Source: a virus. Taken from it: a DNA stretch of 64,000 nucleotides. Location of the stretch: IMG/VR virus record IMGVR_UViG_2930950021_000002. One strand, written 5' to 3'. This document shows, piece after piece, positions 28,190-37,448 of the stretch; within the stretch, counting starts at the first letter, position 1, and every line of letters begins with the position of its first letter. The translations under genes and the position numbers were made by a program. The notes beneath the pieces are model-generated. The model made no database searches. It had not been told where the DNA came from and saw only the letters and a list, made by a program, of their open reading frames with translations.

Positions 28190-28669
28190 TCACTTCATAA
28201 ACACAAACCATCTTGTCTTACTTCGTTTATCTCCGAACAATGGCTTTGATCCAAAAAGTGGCCACAACTTATTTACAGCTATTTGTTCGGTATTCCACTT
28301 GAAGATAAGCGTGCCGTTCGGCTTTAGAACCCTCATACATTCGGAAAATCCTTGACGCAAATCGTCTTGCCAAGTATCTCTATTTAGGGTTCCATATTTC
28401 TTGTTCAGCCAACTATCCTGACCTGCATAAATCAGATGTGGCGGGTCAAATACAACCATATAAAACTGGGAATCCGCAAATGGCATATTACGAAAATCTG
28501 CAATAACATCAGGATCGACAGTTAACATCCGTTTTTTATCGCCGTCTTTTGTAGAGTAAGTTCCAAGGGAATAGGTTGCTTCCCGTTTGTCCATAAATGT
28601 TACGTCTGGGTTCTCCTTGTTAAACCAGAACATCTTTGAACCACAGCAAGCATCTAAAATTGGCGTCAT
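28190..28669 (-). CDS. SAM-dependent (probably amino-group DNA) methyltransferase
   Basis: LDACCGS motif I and VFDPPH motif IV. Confidence 0.85.
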   Translation of the reverse strand: MTPILDACCGSKMFWFNKENPDVTFMDKREATYSLGTYSTKDGDKKRMLTVDPDVIADFRNMPFADSQFYMVVFDPPHLIYAGQDSWLNKKYGTLNRDTWQDDLRQGFSECMRVLKPNGTLIFKWNTEQIAVNKLWPLFGSKPLFGDKRSKTRWFVFMK

Positions 28670-28672
28670 TTA

Positions 28673-28924
28673 TTAATCCTCCAGTTCATTCATGCAAGCA
28701 CGTCCAAAAAAGATCAGGAATGCTGACTCCTCTTTTTCAGTCCAGCCCTCGTAGATTTTTTTGACGTCGTCTGGTACACCAATATCTAACGCTTTGCTGG
28801 ACTCATTTTTGCTACTCATGTCGTACATAAATTCACCCAGCATTCTCATCGGATATAGTCCAATGCCAACCGACAGCACTAGCAAGTAGGCCGTCACCTT
28901 TTCAAAGTCTGACTTAGAAGCCAT
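28673..28924 (-). CDS. Hypothetical protein
   Basis: ORF in the early operon. Confidence 0.65.
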   Translation of the reverse strand: MASKSDFEKVTAYLLVLSVGIGLYPMRMLGEFMYDMSSKNESSKALDIGVPDDVKKIYEGWTEKEESAFLIFFGRACMNELED

Positions 28925-29179
28925 CTAGTCCACTTCCAATTCGGTTTGGTCGGGATTATCTTCACCATCAGTGTCAGTATCTAGTTCTGTTTGGTTAGGT
29001 GTCACAGTAATCTGAACATCGTCATCTACAGAATCTGCTAATGCTTCCATTTGCCCCCGCAAGTCCTGTGATGGAATCTCGATTCGTAAGACGGTAATCT
29101 TGCCGTCCTTCCGTGACTTGTTTGTCATGTTTGCGATGGTTCCAAAAAACTTAACACTGTTATCTTTAATCTCAGTCAT
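28925..29179 (-). CDS. Hypothetical protein
   Basis: ORF in the early operon. Confidence 0.7.
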   Translation of the reverse strand: MTEIKDNSVKFFGTIANMTNKSRKDGKITVLRIEIPSQDLRGQMEALADSVDDDVQITVTPNQTELDTDTDGEDNPDQTELEVD

Positions 29180-29193
29180 AATTAATTCGCTCC

Positions 29194-29391
29194 TTATTTG
29201 TTTGCTAGTAAAATTTCGCTAATTACCGCGTTGCGTTCTCGGCTTGAAAGCTGCTGAATTGCATCACGTTCCACCTTCAACAAGCTGTAAAAGTGAAGCT
29301 GACACCAGCCAAGTGCTCGTGTCATATCCTCATGGTGATCCTCGAATGATCGCAAAACGAACCGACGAAATACCTTCTGATTTTCGTTCAA
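29194..29391 (-). CDS. Hypothetical protein
   Basis: ORF with RBS in the early operon. Confidence 0.65.
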   Translation of the reverse strand: MNENQKVFRRFVLRSFEDHHEDMTRALGWCQLHFYSLLKVERDAIQQLSSRERNAVISEILLANK

Positions 29392-29404
29392 TGCTGATTA
29401 CCTC

Positions 29405-29866
29405 CTATAGGCTAGTTGATTCAATCCAGTCATATTGCAAATTGGTACATACAAGTGGATGTGTGGGCTTACGCTGTTTCGTAATGCCTTGGGCTATTAC
29501 TTTAAAATCATGCTTTCTCACTACAACTGCTTCAACTGGTATTCCCTGTGTCAGTAAAAACAGTTTGAATCGCAACTTCACGCTACCATCTATCCCATAA
29601 ACTCCAAACGAATTTTTTACGTCATAAACGTGTGAGATTTTACCGTCCTTGTATATTACAAAATCAGGCTTATAGGATATTTGTGACGCTTTAACTTTTC
29701 CTAATTCAGTAAGTGGCGTAAGCACGTACTTAGGATGGATTGTATACTGCAATCCACCGTCTCGAACGAATCGCGTATAGAAGTCAGCTTCTTTCTGACT
29801 ATCGAATACATAGCCATCCAGATGAACCTTAGTACCTCGTTTATTTAATGCCGTGGGTCCCATCAT
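29405..29866 (-). CDS. DUF1064-like PD-(D/E)XK endonuclease (putative resolvase)
   Basis: DGYVFDSQKEA...YKPDF...YDVK. Confidence 0.8.
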   Translation of the reverse strand: MMGPTALNKRGTKVHLDGYVFDSQKEADFYTRFVRDGGLQYTIHPKYVLTPLTELGKVKASQISYKPDFVIYKDGKISHVYDVKNSFGVYGIDGSVKLRFKLFLLTQGIPVEAVVVRKHDFKVIAQGITKQRKPTHPLVCTNLQYDWIESTSL

Positions 29867-30273
29867 CCATCCTCCCGCAACTTATCACGCATGCAACGTA
29901 CCCACAGATAGTTCCGACCCATTCTTGTAGCCACCCATCTGATAGGTTTTCCTTCATAACGCTTAAGATCCTTCAAATCTTCGTTTGTACAATCAAACTC
30001 CGTGATAATCGGTTTGCGAGTCGCTGCCCAATGACTGCTACGATGCATTTTTTCAGCAACCTTATTTCCATTAAATCCCCGTCTAAACAGTTCTTGTGCC
30101 TCTATGGTCTCTTCCGAGCCATCAGGCTGACGGTTAGCCAAGCCATTAAGCTCTTTGACGACTGACTCAGGCCAATTATCTGAGCTGCCATACTCACTCT
30201 CAACAGCTTTGACTTTAGCCATCAGCTCAACGTTTAAAGCCATGGCAATCACCTCACTTATGCCCTTCCTCAA
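29863..30273 (-). CDS. Hypothetical protein, possibly with HTH motifs
   Basis: KVAEKMHRS and WVATRMGRN segments. Confidence 0.65.
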   Translation of the reverse strand: MRKGISEVIAMALNVELMAKVKAVESEYGSSDNWPESVVKELNGLANRQPDGSEETIEAQELFRRGFNGNKVAEKMHRSSHWAATRKPIITEFDCTNEDLKDLKRYEGKPIRWVATRMGRNYLWVRCMRDKLREDG

Positions 30274-30496
30274 ACTGAATCAACCGATCTAGGTACGTTC
30301 GTGCTTTATGCAAATCTTCAACCCCATTTTTAGCTGGGTAGCGAACGATATATTTCATGACATTGCCAATCATGAATCCTTGAAAACCTTGTGTTGGCAT
30401 AATTTCCGCGAAATGGTCGAATAAATCGCGGCCGTTATTCTTGTAGTAATCGGGGCGGATATTAACCGCACCGCCTTTCGGGTACTTATGCTCCAT
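30254..30496 (-). CDS. DUF3310-family protein
   Basis: PDYY...GNVMKYIVRYPAKNGVEDLHKARTYL. Confidence 0.85.
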   Translation of the reverse strand: MEHKYPKGGAVNIRPDYYKNNGRDLFDHFAEIMPTQGFQGFMIGNVMKYIVRYPAKNGVEDLHKARTYLDRLIQFEEGHK

Positions 30497-30920
30497 TGTT
30501 TTTCACCTCATTCTTAATTTGTCTCTGCTGTTCCTCTTCCAAAATTTCGATGTACTCCGTTTTCAGCTTTTCCAGATGAGTACAACGCGTCATGTCGCCT
30601 TCATACTTGATAAGCAGTGTGTTAACAAAATCGCTTCCGTCCTCCAGATACTTCCAGCCTTGCAGCTTTTCAGCTCTGGCGGTCTCAATTGCTAACCACA
30701 CGTTTTCGACTCGAGACTCATCGGCGTGTTTCAATCCAGCCATCAAGGCAACATTATTCGGGTGTGCTGCTACAGCCACTTTCAGCAATTCTTGTTGCTT
30801 GAAGAAACCGTTAGCTTTGAGTAGATATAGCTTCACGGCCCGCGAACTTGTAAGCCCTTCTGCCGTCATGACTTCCTTGTAGTCGCTGTTGTTCATGTAA
30901 CCATCAACCATCGTTATCAA
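30486..30920 (-). CDS. Hypothetical protein
   Basis: ORF coupled to the helicase. Confidence 0.7.
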   Translation of the reverse strand: MITMVDGYMNNSDYKEVMTAEGLTSSRAVKLYLLKANGFFKQQELLKVAVAAHPNNVALMAGLKHADESRVENVWLAIETARAEKLQGWKYLEDGSDFVNTLLIKYEGDMTRCTHLEKLKTEYIEILEEEQQRQIKNEVKNNGA

Positions 30921-32169
30921 CGTCCAATTCCTGAAACTTCATGCCCTGGCCGTTAAACTGGTACGGGATTCGTGCCAGCCAGCCTTCCCGGTTCTTCTTA
31001 ATCACCACGTTGCGCACGTCAGGCACCTTAGCGTCACGTGTCAAAAACACAACAACGTTTGAATCCTGTTCAATTGAACCAGACTCTCGTAAATCGGATA
31101 GTTGTGGCTCTTTGTCTTGCCGTTGTTCCAATCCACGGTTGAGTTGCGCCAGTTCAATGATCGGCACGTCATACTCGTTCGCCATCACCTTTAGCTGCCG
31201 GGTAATCTCCGATACCTGTAGGTAGCGCTCTTTAATACTTGGCACGGTAATCAGTCCGATGTAGTCAACAAATGCCACATATTCATTTTTATTGGTTTCA
31301 CTGGCATGACGTCGAATGATTCCGGCAATTTGTCCCAGTGTTTTAGTGGTATCGTATATGGCTAAATTTGACCGTTTAAAGCGTTCTGCCGAATCCCTGA
31401 CTATTTGCTTGATTGTCGGTGTTAACGTGCTAGCAGAGCTTCTTAGGGACGTTGACGGCACTCCTGTGTCCCACGATACAAAACGGTTCAGCATTTCTCT
31501 TTTTGTCATTTCCAGTGTGAAGTAGTCAATACGAAGTTTGGGGTTACGTTTCAACATCGTGGCTGCTAAGTTAACACTGAAAGCCGTCTTACCAACACCC
31601 GGTCGGGCACCGATAGTCAGTAGCATTCCGCCATAGAATCCGCCGGCAAGCGTCTCATCAAGTCGCTTGTACGACTTAATTCCGGGGTCGCTAGGGTGAT
31701 CTAAGTTATAATCCAATTCGTTCACCTCCGAATCAAAGGAACCATCATCAGTCGCACTGTCGACCGCCGCAAGGCTGTTGGTGGCGGCAATCAGCGCCAT
31801 TAGGTTATCTTCAAACGGCGCTTCATGATATACCGCCATGGCTCGCTGTACTTCCTGTTTACCGTATAGTCGGTGCAAGTCGCGCACCAGCTCCGGCAAA
31901 TTGGCGTCAGTGATAGCCGTGCCCCTAAGCTCTATCAATTCCTTGTACGTCATCGAAAACTGATTGGATAACACCTTCGCCTTGCCATAGACCGTCATTA
32001 GCGAAGAGTCGTCAGCCTGCTGCATGGCTTCAAACAAGATGCGGTAGTTACCGTCAACAAACCACTCACTGTTGGCGTTGACCAGTTCAATGTTCTTCGG
32101 CTCTTTTAACAGTGCAGCCACTATAGCCGCCTCAATCTCTCTATTCGTTGCTCTCACCTTCCTTGGCAT
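30904..32169 (-). CDS. dnaB: Replicative DNA helicase, DnaB family
   Basis: GARPGVGKT, LEM, VDYIGLI, AQLNR, DLRESGSIEQD. Confidence 0.95.
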   Translation of the reverse strand: MPRKVRATNREIEAAIVAALLKEPKNIELVNANSEWFVDGNYRILFEAMQQADDSSLMTVYGKAKVLSNQFSMTYKELIELRGTAITDANLPELVRDLHRLYGKQEVQRAMAVYHEAPFEDNLMALIAATNSLAAVDSATDDGSFDSEVNELDYNLDHPSDPGIKSYKRLDETLAGGFYGGMLLTIGARPGVGKTAFSVNLAATMLKRNPKLRIDYFTLEMTKREMLNRFVSWDTGVPSTSLRSSASTLTPTIKQIVRDSAERFKRSNLAIYDTTKTLGQIAGIIRRHASETNKNEYVAFVDYIGLITVPSIKERYLQVSEITRQLKVMANEYDVPIIELAQLNRGLEQRQDKEPQLSDLRESGSIEQDSNVVVFLTRDAKVPDVRNVVIKKNREGWLARIPYQFNGQGMKFQELDVDNDG

Positions 32170-32968
32170 ATTGCTTCTCTAACCGCGCCATGTAGTCGGC
32201 TTGGCGCGCGGAACCTTCTTCTGGGGTCAAGACCGGTGGTTCAGAGGTGTCTTGCCGTTGTTGCTTACTTGCCGCCGCTCTGGCTTCGTTGGTGTAGTCG
32301 TCAAAGTGTTCTGCTGAAAATAAAGTTTTGGGTCTTAGATACTGTTGCATGTCTGGATTGTCTTTCCACTCCAATGACTTGTAGTGGATCACCATTCCAA
32401 AATCATGTTCTGTAAAGCCTTCTGCTATTCGTGCATGGATCATTCCACGCGTTTTGTCGGTGGTGTGATACTTGTGTCCAGTTTCCGAATTTAGATAGTC
32501 AACAATCTTTTTGTAGTCGACAGCTGGTTCCTTCAACTTATCTTTTTTCTTGTCATTCTTATCATTCTTGTTAGTGGTTGTCCGCTGGTTGTCGCTTGGT
32601 TGTTCGTTGGTTGTTTCGCTGGTTGTCTCATTTTCTTTAACTTGAAAAGATCCCCAGTTAACAACGTTTATAAGGGTATTAGTGTTGGTTGTCTCGCTGG
32701 TTATAAAACCAAGTTTGGTAAACCGCTGCATTGCACCACGTACAGCTTGGCGAGTTATCCCACGACCGCTTTTTTTGGCCAAACTGTCCGCTGATGTAAT
32801 AAACTGACCGGGCTTAACTACAAACGGTTTCCCCTTCCATTCCCACTTGTTTTCGGAATGATTAGCAAGTAACAATATTGCAATTAAAATTGATCGCTGA
32901 TTTGAAGTTGACAATAGCCAAATTGGTTTATCCAACAACTCGCGGTAGAGTTTTACCCATCCCTGCAT
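32141..32968 (-). CDS. Replication initiator protein
   Basis: GWVKLYR N-terminus, GQFITS, C-terminal YLRPKTLF domain. Confidence 0.9.
   Translation of the reverse strand: MQGWVKLYRELLDKPIWLLSTSNQRSILIAILLLANHSENKWEWKGKPFVVKPGQFITSADSLAKKSGRGITRQAVRGAMQRFTKLGFITSETTNTNTLINVVNWGSFQVKENETTSETTNEQPSDNQRTTTNKNDKNDKKKDKLKEPAVDYKKIVDYLNSETGHKYHTTDKTRGMIHARIAEGFTEHDFGMVIHYKSLEWKDNPDMQQYLRPKTLFSAEHFDDYTNEARAAASKQQRQDTSEPPVLTPEEGSARQADYMARLEKQYAKEGESNE
32574..32702. repeat. Iteron-like GGTTGT repeats inside the initiator gene (probable origin)
   Basis: At least six (c/t)(g/t)GGTTGT units, several at 11-12 bp spacing. Confidence 0.7.
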
Positions 32969-32986
32969 TTTCTACCGCCTCGCAAT

Positions 32987-33549
32987 CTAGAATGGAACAT
33001 CGTCGTCAGAGATGTCTACGCCACCACCGTTACCGGTGAAAGGATCAGTTGGCCCGGCAGATGGCGCACCGTTACCCATGTTCGCTGGAATTGAGTTAGC
33101 AGCTGTATCAATGGCTTTATTGCTCTTGATGATTGGCTTTTCTGCCATAGGCTTGTGTAGTGATGGCTTGAAGGAACGAACACTAGGCCGTAACACGCCC
33201 TTGTTGTCTTCTTCCATAGTGACCACTGCAATGAACGGCTTGCCTAACATCTCTTCCGCCCAATTGCTAGGAGTGCCGAAGTCATGGCCGTTTTCGTACA
33301 TCTCGGTGGCTTTAGTCAGCGCATTAAAACGCCATTGTGCCTTGGGAGTAGCCACGAAGTTATCGTACTGGATCAGAGCGCCCTTAGCTGGCTGGTCAAC
33401 GTCTGTGCGTACCCGATAATTAAGAGTTTCCATTTCGTTACGTGTCCGTTGAGTTAGCTTGTCTGCAAAGCTGGTTGCATAAACTTCATATTCTCCCGGC
33501 TTAGTGATTTGTTCATTACCTACATTTTTTCGTCGTATCCAAATGACAT
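32987..33549 (-). CDS. DUF669-family ssDNA-binding protein (1-bp homopolymer loss near 33524-33530; intact in copy 2)
   Basis: C-terminal DISDDDVPF; the copy-2 T-run is one base longer and restores MSFGYDEK. Confidence 0.85.
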
Positions 33550-33550
33550 A

Positions 33551-34528
33551 TTAGTTAGCTCCCTTTTCGTTTGTGGTTGGTTTTGCGTCTTCATTCTGCT
33601 GCGTTGCTCGTTCCTTATCAGTCGTGGCCTTTAGTTCGACATACAACTTTTTTAGGCTGTCTACTGGCCAGTCCTCTAACGGTGGTCGCCCGGTCGTGAC
33701 ACGTTCAAGTTGAAGTTTGGCTGCATTGCTTCCCTTAACCAAGTCAGCAATGGCACCTAACGCTTTCTTGGATCGCTCTTTTTCTTGTGCACGAACATCC
33801 ACACCTTTTTCGGCCCAATCATAAATCTTGTGGCCAACCTCGCGTGACAGTGGTTCGGGGTGCGTGAAGATTGAAGAGTTATCCTTGGTTGGTTGTGCAA
33901 CGTGGTTTTCGTAAACCTGAAAGGCGATCGCAAACTCATATTCCAGTGAGTCTTTTTGCTCGATTTTTAGGCCAACCTTTTCAACTTGTGCTTTACCGTT
34001 GTCGTCCGTGGTGACTTCCACACCTTGCTTGCTACGCGCTGTCGCGATGACGTGGACGTCTTGATCGGTGAGCAGTTTGAGAAAATTGCGCTGTTCCGGG
34101 GCCACGTCCTTCCAGCCACCAATACCGCGGCTATTGCTGCTATCAACCTGCTGTAGCACACCACCTTCACCACTCCACGCGTTTGAGATACCGTCAATAA
34201 CGACAACCTGGCAGCCATACTGCTTAAGGCTGGCAAACGCGTCTAGGTAGTGTGCTGAATCAAATGGCGCCTCTAAGTCAACCTTGGGGAACTCTCCGAT
34301 ACGCACACCATCGTGTTCTGTGTCTACGTAGAGATTGGTTCGTTTGTGTTCGGTGTCAATGACGCCTACTTTGTCCCACTGCTCTTCGCTGGTTGCGTCT
34401 GGGTACATCCCTTCCATCATTCCCTTAGCAATCAGCAGGGATCCTAGGGTCTTACCTGAACCACTGGCACCCATCACTAAGATTGGCACCTTGATTTTTT
34501 GACGCTTAGCTTTGACAATTCGTGCCAT
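33551..34528 (-). CDS. AAA-family ATPase (Sak4/RecA-like recombinase)
   Basis: GASGSGKT Walker A, VIDTE, VIDGIS. Confidence 0.88.
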   Translation of the reverse strand: MARIVKAKRQKIKVPILVMGASGSGKTLGSLLIAKGMMEGMYPDATSEEQWDKVGVIDTEHKRTNLYVDTEHDGVRIGEFPKVDLEAPFDSAHYLDAFASLKQYGCQVVVIDGISNAWSGEGGVLQQVDSSNSRGIGGWKDVAPEQRNFLKLLTDQDVHVIATARSKQGVEVTTDDNGKAQVEKVGLKIEQKDSLEYEFAIAFQVYENHVAQPTKDNSSIFTHPEPLSREVGHKIYDWAEKGVDVRAQEKERSKKALGAIADLVKGSNAAKLQLERVTTGRPPLEDWPVDSLKKLYVELKATTDKERATQQNEDAKPTTNEKGAN

Positions 34529-34529
34529 G

Positions 34530-35423
34530 TTATCCCTCCTTACTAATCATTTGAACATTGATCCCCAACTGCTTGATACCAGCCCATGCTTGCGTGAGTT
34601 GCTTGTGCGTGCCTGTCAGCTTAATGGTGATGGTCTGTGGGACAACCTCACCTGTGTTGGTGTCCACAGTCTCACTGCCGCGTTTCACTTGGTGAGTGGC
34701 CGCTACTGCCTTGGCAGCTTCATCAGCCAAACGCTTCTTTTCTGCTGCCGCTTTAGCCAAGGAATCCCGGCGGTCGGCCGCCTGATTGATCTTCTGCAAG
34801 ATGTCATCAACCTTGAAGCCTTGTCCTAGCATGGCAACCCAGCCGCTTGACTCAATCTCCATCTGATCGGCGTAGGTGCGCACGGTCTGGATATCGGTAG
34901 CACGCTGGTCACGATCCTTGCGCAACTGCGTCATGGCTTCGGCAATCTGCTCCAACAGCTTTTTGTGACTGAGTGACTTAAGTAGCCATCCCGGCTGCAC
35001 TTCAATATCGGTTACGGAAACCCCGTAGTTAGGTGCCATCTCAGCAATTTCAGTCTTGACCGAGTCATACCGTGCTTGACGTTCTTGTGTTTCAACTTCT
35101 TCAATCTTGCTATCTAGCGGATCAAGAAGATCTTTGACTTTATCGCCTAGTCCCTTCATGAGTTTGTCAAAGTCGGCCATAGGCTTTTTGTACTGGCGAT
35201 CCGTTTCTAGCCGTTTATCGTTGATGGATTTAGCAATCTTGTTGATGTTGGCCCGCATTTTCTTCGTGTCGGCCACATTGTTCGATGTCACCACGAAGTC
35301 TTGACCATACTTAGTGACTACCCCGTTTACAGCCATTTCAAGCTGCTCTAGGTTGTTAATCTTGATTGGGGTAGGATTGACCTCAATACTTGGTTCAAAT
35401 GCTACAAGCTCGTTTTCAGCCAT
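34530..35423 (-). CDS. DUF1351-family coiled-coil protein
   Basis: Position before the recombinase; VDTNTGEV motif. Confidence 0.8.
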   Translation of the reverse strand: MAENELVAFEPSIEVNPTPIKINNLEQLEMAVNGVVTKYGQDFVVTSNNVADTKKMRANINKIAKSINDKRLETDRQYKKPMADFDKLMKGLGDKVKDLLDPLDSKIEEVETQERQARYDSVKTEIAEMAPNYGVSVTDIEVQPGWLLKSLSHKKLLEQIAEAMTQLRKDRDQRATDIQTVRTYADQMEIESSGWVAMLGQGFKVDDILQKINQAADRRDSLAKAAAEKKRLADEAAKAVAATHQVKRGSETVDTNTGEVVPQTITIKLTGTHKQLTQAWAGIKQLGINVQMISKEG

Positions 35424-35595
35424 TTACGGACACCCCTTTCAATCTTGCTAGTTTTCCTTTTGTTCGATAAAACTGTGTGAAGTCATGAAGCAGCTGCTTA
35501 TCCTGATTAACCGGCGTTGACGCAATACGCTGTTGCAAGCCAATCTCCATAGCTTCATATGCCTTGATTAAGACTAATTTTCTCGTTTTACTCAT
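35416..35595 (-). CDS. Small hypothetical protein (MSKTRKLVLIKAYE...)
   Basis: Hand-translated; GGAGG RBS. Confidence 0.55.
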   Translation of the reverse strand: MSKTRKLVLIKAYEAMEIGLQQRIASTPVNQDKQLLHDFTQFYRTKGKLARLKGVSVNG

Positions 35596-35791
35596 GTTTA
35601 CCTCCCAATAGCTGTTGCAAAATATGATGTTTCCGTCTACTATCGGAGTAGAAAATTCTTGTCATGGGATTTGTCTGTTGGCTCGCTAGCGCTGCCCTGC
35701 TAACGGGCTTTTTTCGTGCATTCATTAATTGAAACTCGGTACGTTTCAGATTATTTTCTGTTGTTTGACTTAGCTCGATGCTTCTCATCAC
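35588..35791 (-). CDS. Small hypothetical protein
   Basis: ORF track; start uncertain. Confidence 0.45.
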   Translation of the reverse strand: MMRSIELSQTTENNLKRTEFQLMNARKKPVSRAALASQQTNPMTRIFYSDSRRKHHILQQLLGGKHE

Positions 35792-35873
35792 CCTTCAATG
35801 CTTGACGTTCATACATGGTTCTTAGCAAGCCACCAAGTCCGAAAACTAGTGTGAAGATGATTACTGCTACCAT
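35751..35873 (-). CDS. 40-aa TM peptide (MVAVIIFTLVFGLGGLL...)
   Basis: Hand-translated; ATG overlaps the DUF771 stop. Confidence 0.5.
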   Translation of the reverse strand: MVAVIIFTLVFGLGGLLRTMYERQALKGDEKHRAKSNNRK

Positions 35874-36193
35874 GGCAGCTCTTCCCAATGCTTATCTAAC
35901 CAAGCTGCCATAGTGCTTGCCTTAAACAGCCAAGGTGAACCATTACCCTTCGATTCCCGAATTTCATTGTGATTAATCATGGATTGAATATCCTTGCTGT
36001 AGCGCGGATTGTACAAGATATTGTCCTTAACCCAGACTGCTTGTTTGTGGCCTAACCAGTCACGCAAGTCATTCATTGTCCACGTCCGACCTACCACCGA
36101 CTGTGAACGCAAGTCGCTTAGTTCATCTGAACTGACTAGCTCAAAACTGTCAGGGACTTGAATAGCAACTTTTGCTTCAATTGTTTGTCCCAT
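35867..36193 (-). CDS. DUF771-family DNA-binding (excisionase-like) protein
   Basis: RTWTMNDL...WLFKAS...WLDKHWEELPW. Confidence 0.8.
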   Translation of the reverse strand: MGQTIEAKVAIQVPDSFELVSSDELSDLRSQSVVGRTWTMNDLRDWLGHKQAVWVKDNILYNPRYSKDIQSMINHNEIRESKGNGSPWLFKASTMAAWLDKHWEELPW

Positions 36194-36204
36194 ATCATCA
36201 CTCC

Positions 36205-36282
36205 TTACTCAAACATGTGGTCGTGATAAACACCGATAATGATTCCGACTAGAAGGCAACCGATTAAACGTAAGGCAATCAT
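36205..36282 (-). CDS. 25-aa TM peptide (MIALRLIGCLLVGIIIGVYHDHMFE)
   Basis: Hand-translated; coupled on both sides. Confidence 0.5.
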   Translation of the reverse strand: MIALRLIGCLLVGIIIGVYHDHMFE

Positions 36283-36560
36283 TAGCTCACCAGCATTTCT
36301 GTAATATCAAACACCGTTTCATAAACTTTGTGCTCTAACGAGTCATCAATATTTTCAATCCCTTGGTTAGCTAAGGCGGTTAGAACATCACGCGGGATAG
36401 GCTCGTCAGTTTTGACAGAAAACTCAGTTTTACCAATTGCAGTTGCAGCAACAATCTGTGCCCGAATATCATCATAAAAATGACGGCTGTGTGCCTGTAA
36501 CGCTGCTAGTTTTACTTCTTGTGCAAAATATTCTGGGTTCATATGGGTTCCTTCTTTCAA
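36282..36560 (-). CDS. Hypothetical protein
   Basis: ORF in the early operon. Confidence 0.65.
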   Translation of the reverse strand: MKEGTHMNPEYFAQEVKLAALQAHSRHFYDDIRAQIVAATAIGKTEFSVKTDEPIPRDVLTALANQGIENIDDSLEHKVYETVFDITEMLVS

Positions 36561-36610
36561 TAATTTTTAAGGTATACTTGAGTTATCCCAATTAATCGAG
36601 GTGAGCATCT

Positions 36611-37054
36611 ATGAATATACGAGAAGCAGCGTTATTTCAATATAGTTTTGACTTTTTCCTTAAACTTGCTAAAGAAAGTAAAAAAACATGTGTATGGAAA
36701 CTAGATCAGCAATTGTTTACAGCTTGTTTTTACGATTCCACTCTGTTCAGCGAAGATGAAGACAGCCAATCATTTTTTGACAAAACCTTGAAGACTGCAA
36801 TACTTCACATTGATCCTTATGGAGATTCGATCAATAAGTTCAAAAACAATTTGCCCTTACTAATTGACAAGCTTTCGAATTTTGTAGTATCGAACGATCT
36901 TTCTAAATACAATTTGTCAGATGAGTTATTGGCTAAAAATGTTTCTTTTATTGGGAAAAATATAAGTGGCTTAGACTTTTACCTTTTCCCAGAAAACGCA
37001 AGTTTTGAGGTTGTATCAATCATTTCATCCGAAACTTTGGATCAAAATGTTTGA
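36611..37054 (+). CDS. AT-rich moron antisense to the early operon, unknown function
   Basis: GAGGTG RBS, TATACT -10 upstream, AT-rich. Confidence 0.75.
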   Translation: MNIREAALFQYSFDFFLKLAKESKKTCVWKLDQQLFTACFYDSTLFSEDEDSQSFFDKTLKTAILHIDPYGDSINKFKNNLPLLIDKLSNFVVSNDLSKYNLSDELLAKNVSFIGKNISGLDFYLFPENASFEVVSIISSETLDQNV

Positions 37055-37232
37055 TATATTCCAGCACCCTTTGAAGCTCGGTACCTAGTTGCTGAGCTTT
37101 TTTTATGGCGTTTTTTAGGTCTTCACCATTTTCTAAAACTAACGTGATTCCAAGCTCTTCTTGGCTTGATGAGAAAGTCTTTTCATATTTTCTAACACCT
37201 AACATCTTTTCTTTTTCTGCCATTTTATTCAT
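37020..37232 (-). CDS. Hypothetical protein
   Basis: ORF with RBS. Confidence 0.6.
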   Translation of the reverse strand: MNKMAEKEKMLGVRKYEKTFSSSQEELGITLVLENGEDLKNAIKKAQQLGTELQRVLEYIKHFDPKFRMK

Positions 37233-37238
37233 TCCTCC

Positions 37239-37436
37239 CTATGCTGTCTGCTCACCAAAATGCAAATACAAGTCACTCATACCCAGTAAATCGCAAGCAC
37301 TGTACAAAGCTTCTCGATTTGCTTCTTGCAGGTCTTCAAAAGATGGTTCATGTCCATCAACCTTCATATTTTCACGTGGTGACTCGTTGTACGAAATCAA
37401 GAACTCCATCGCTTCCCGAACACTATCAAATTCCAT
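37239..37436 (-). CDS. Hypothetical protein
   Basis: ORF with GGAGG RBS. Confidence 0.7.
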   Translation of the reverse strand: MEFDSVREAMEFLISYNESPRENMKVDGHEPSFEDLQEANREALYSACDLLGMSDLYLHFGEQTA

Positions 37437-37448
37437 ATTGATTCCTCC

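Noticed and set aside
33524-33530. Pseudogenisation of the DUF669 SSB in copy 1
   Set aside because: Copy 2 has one more T and an intact frame; most likely a homopolymer error
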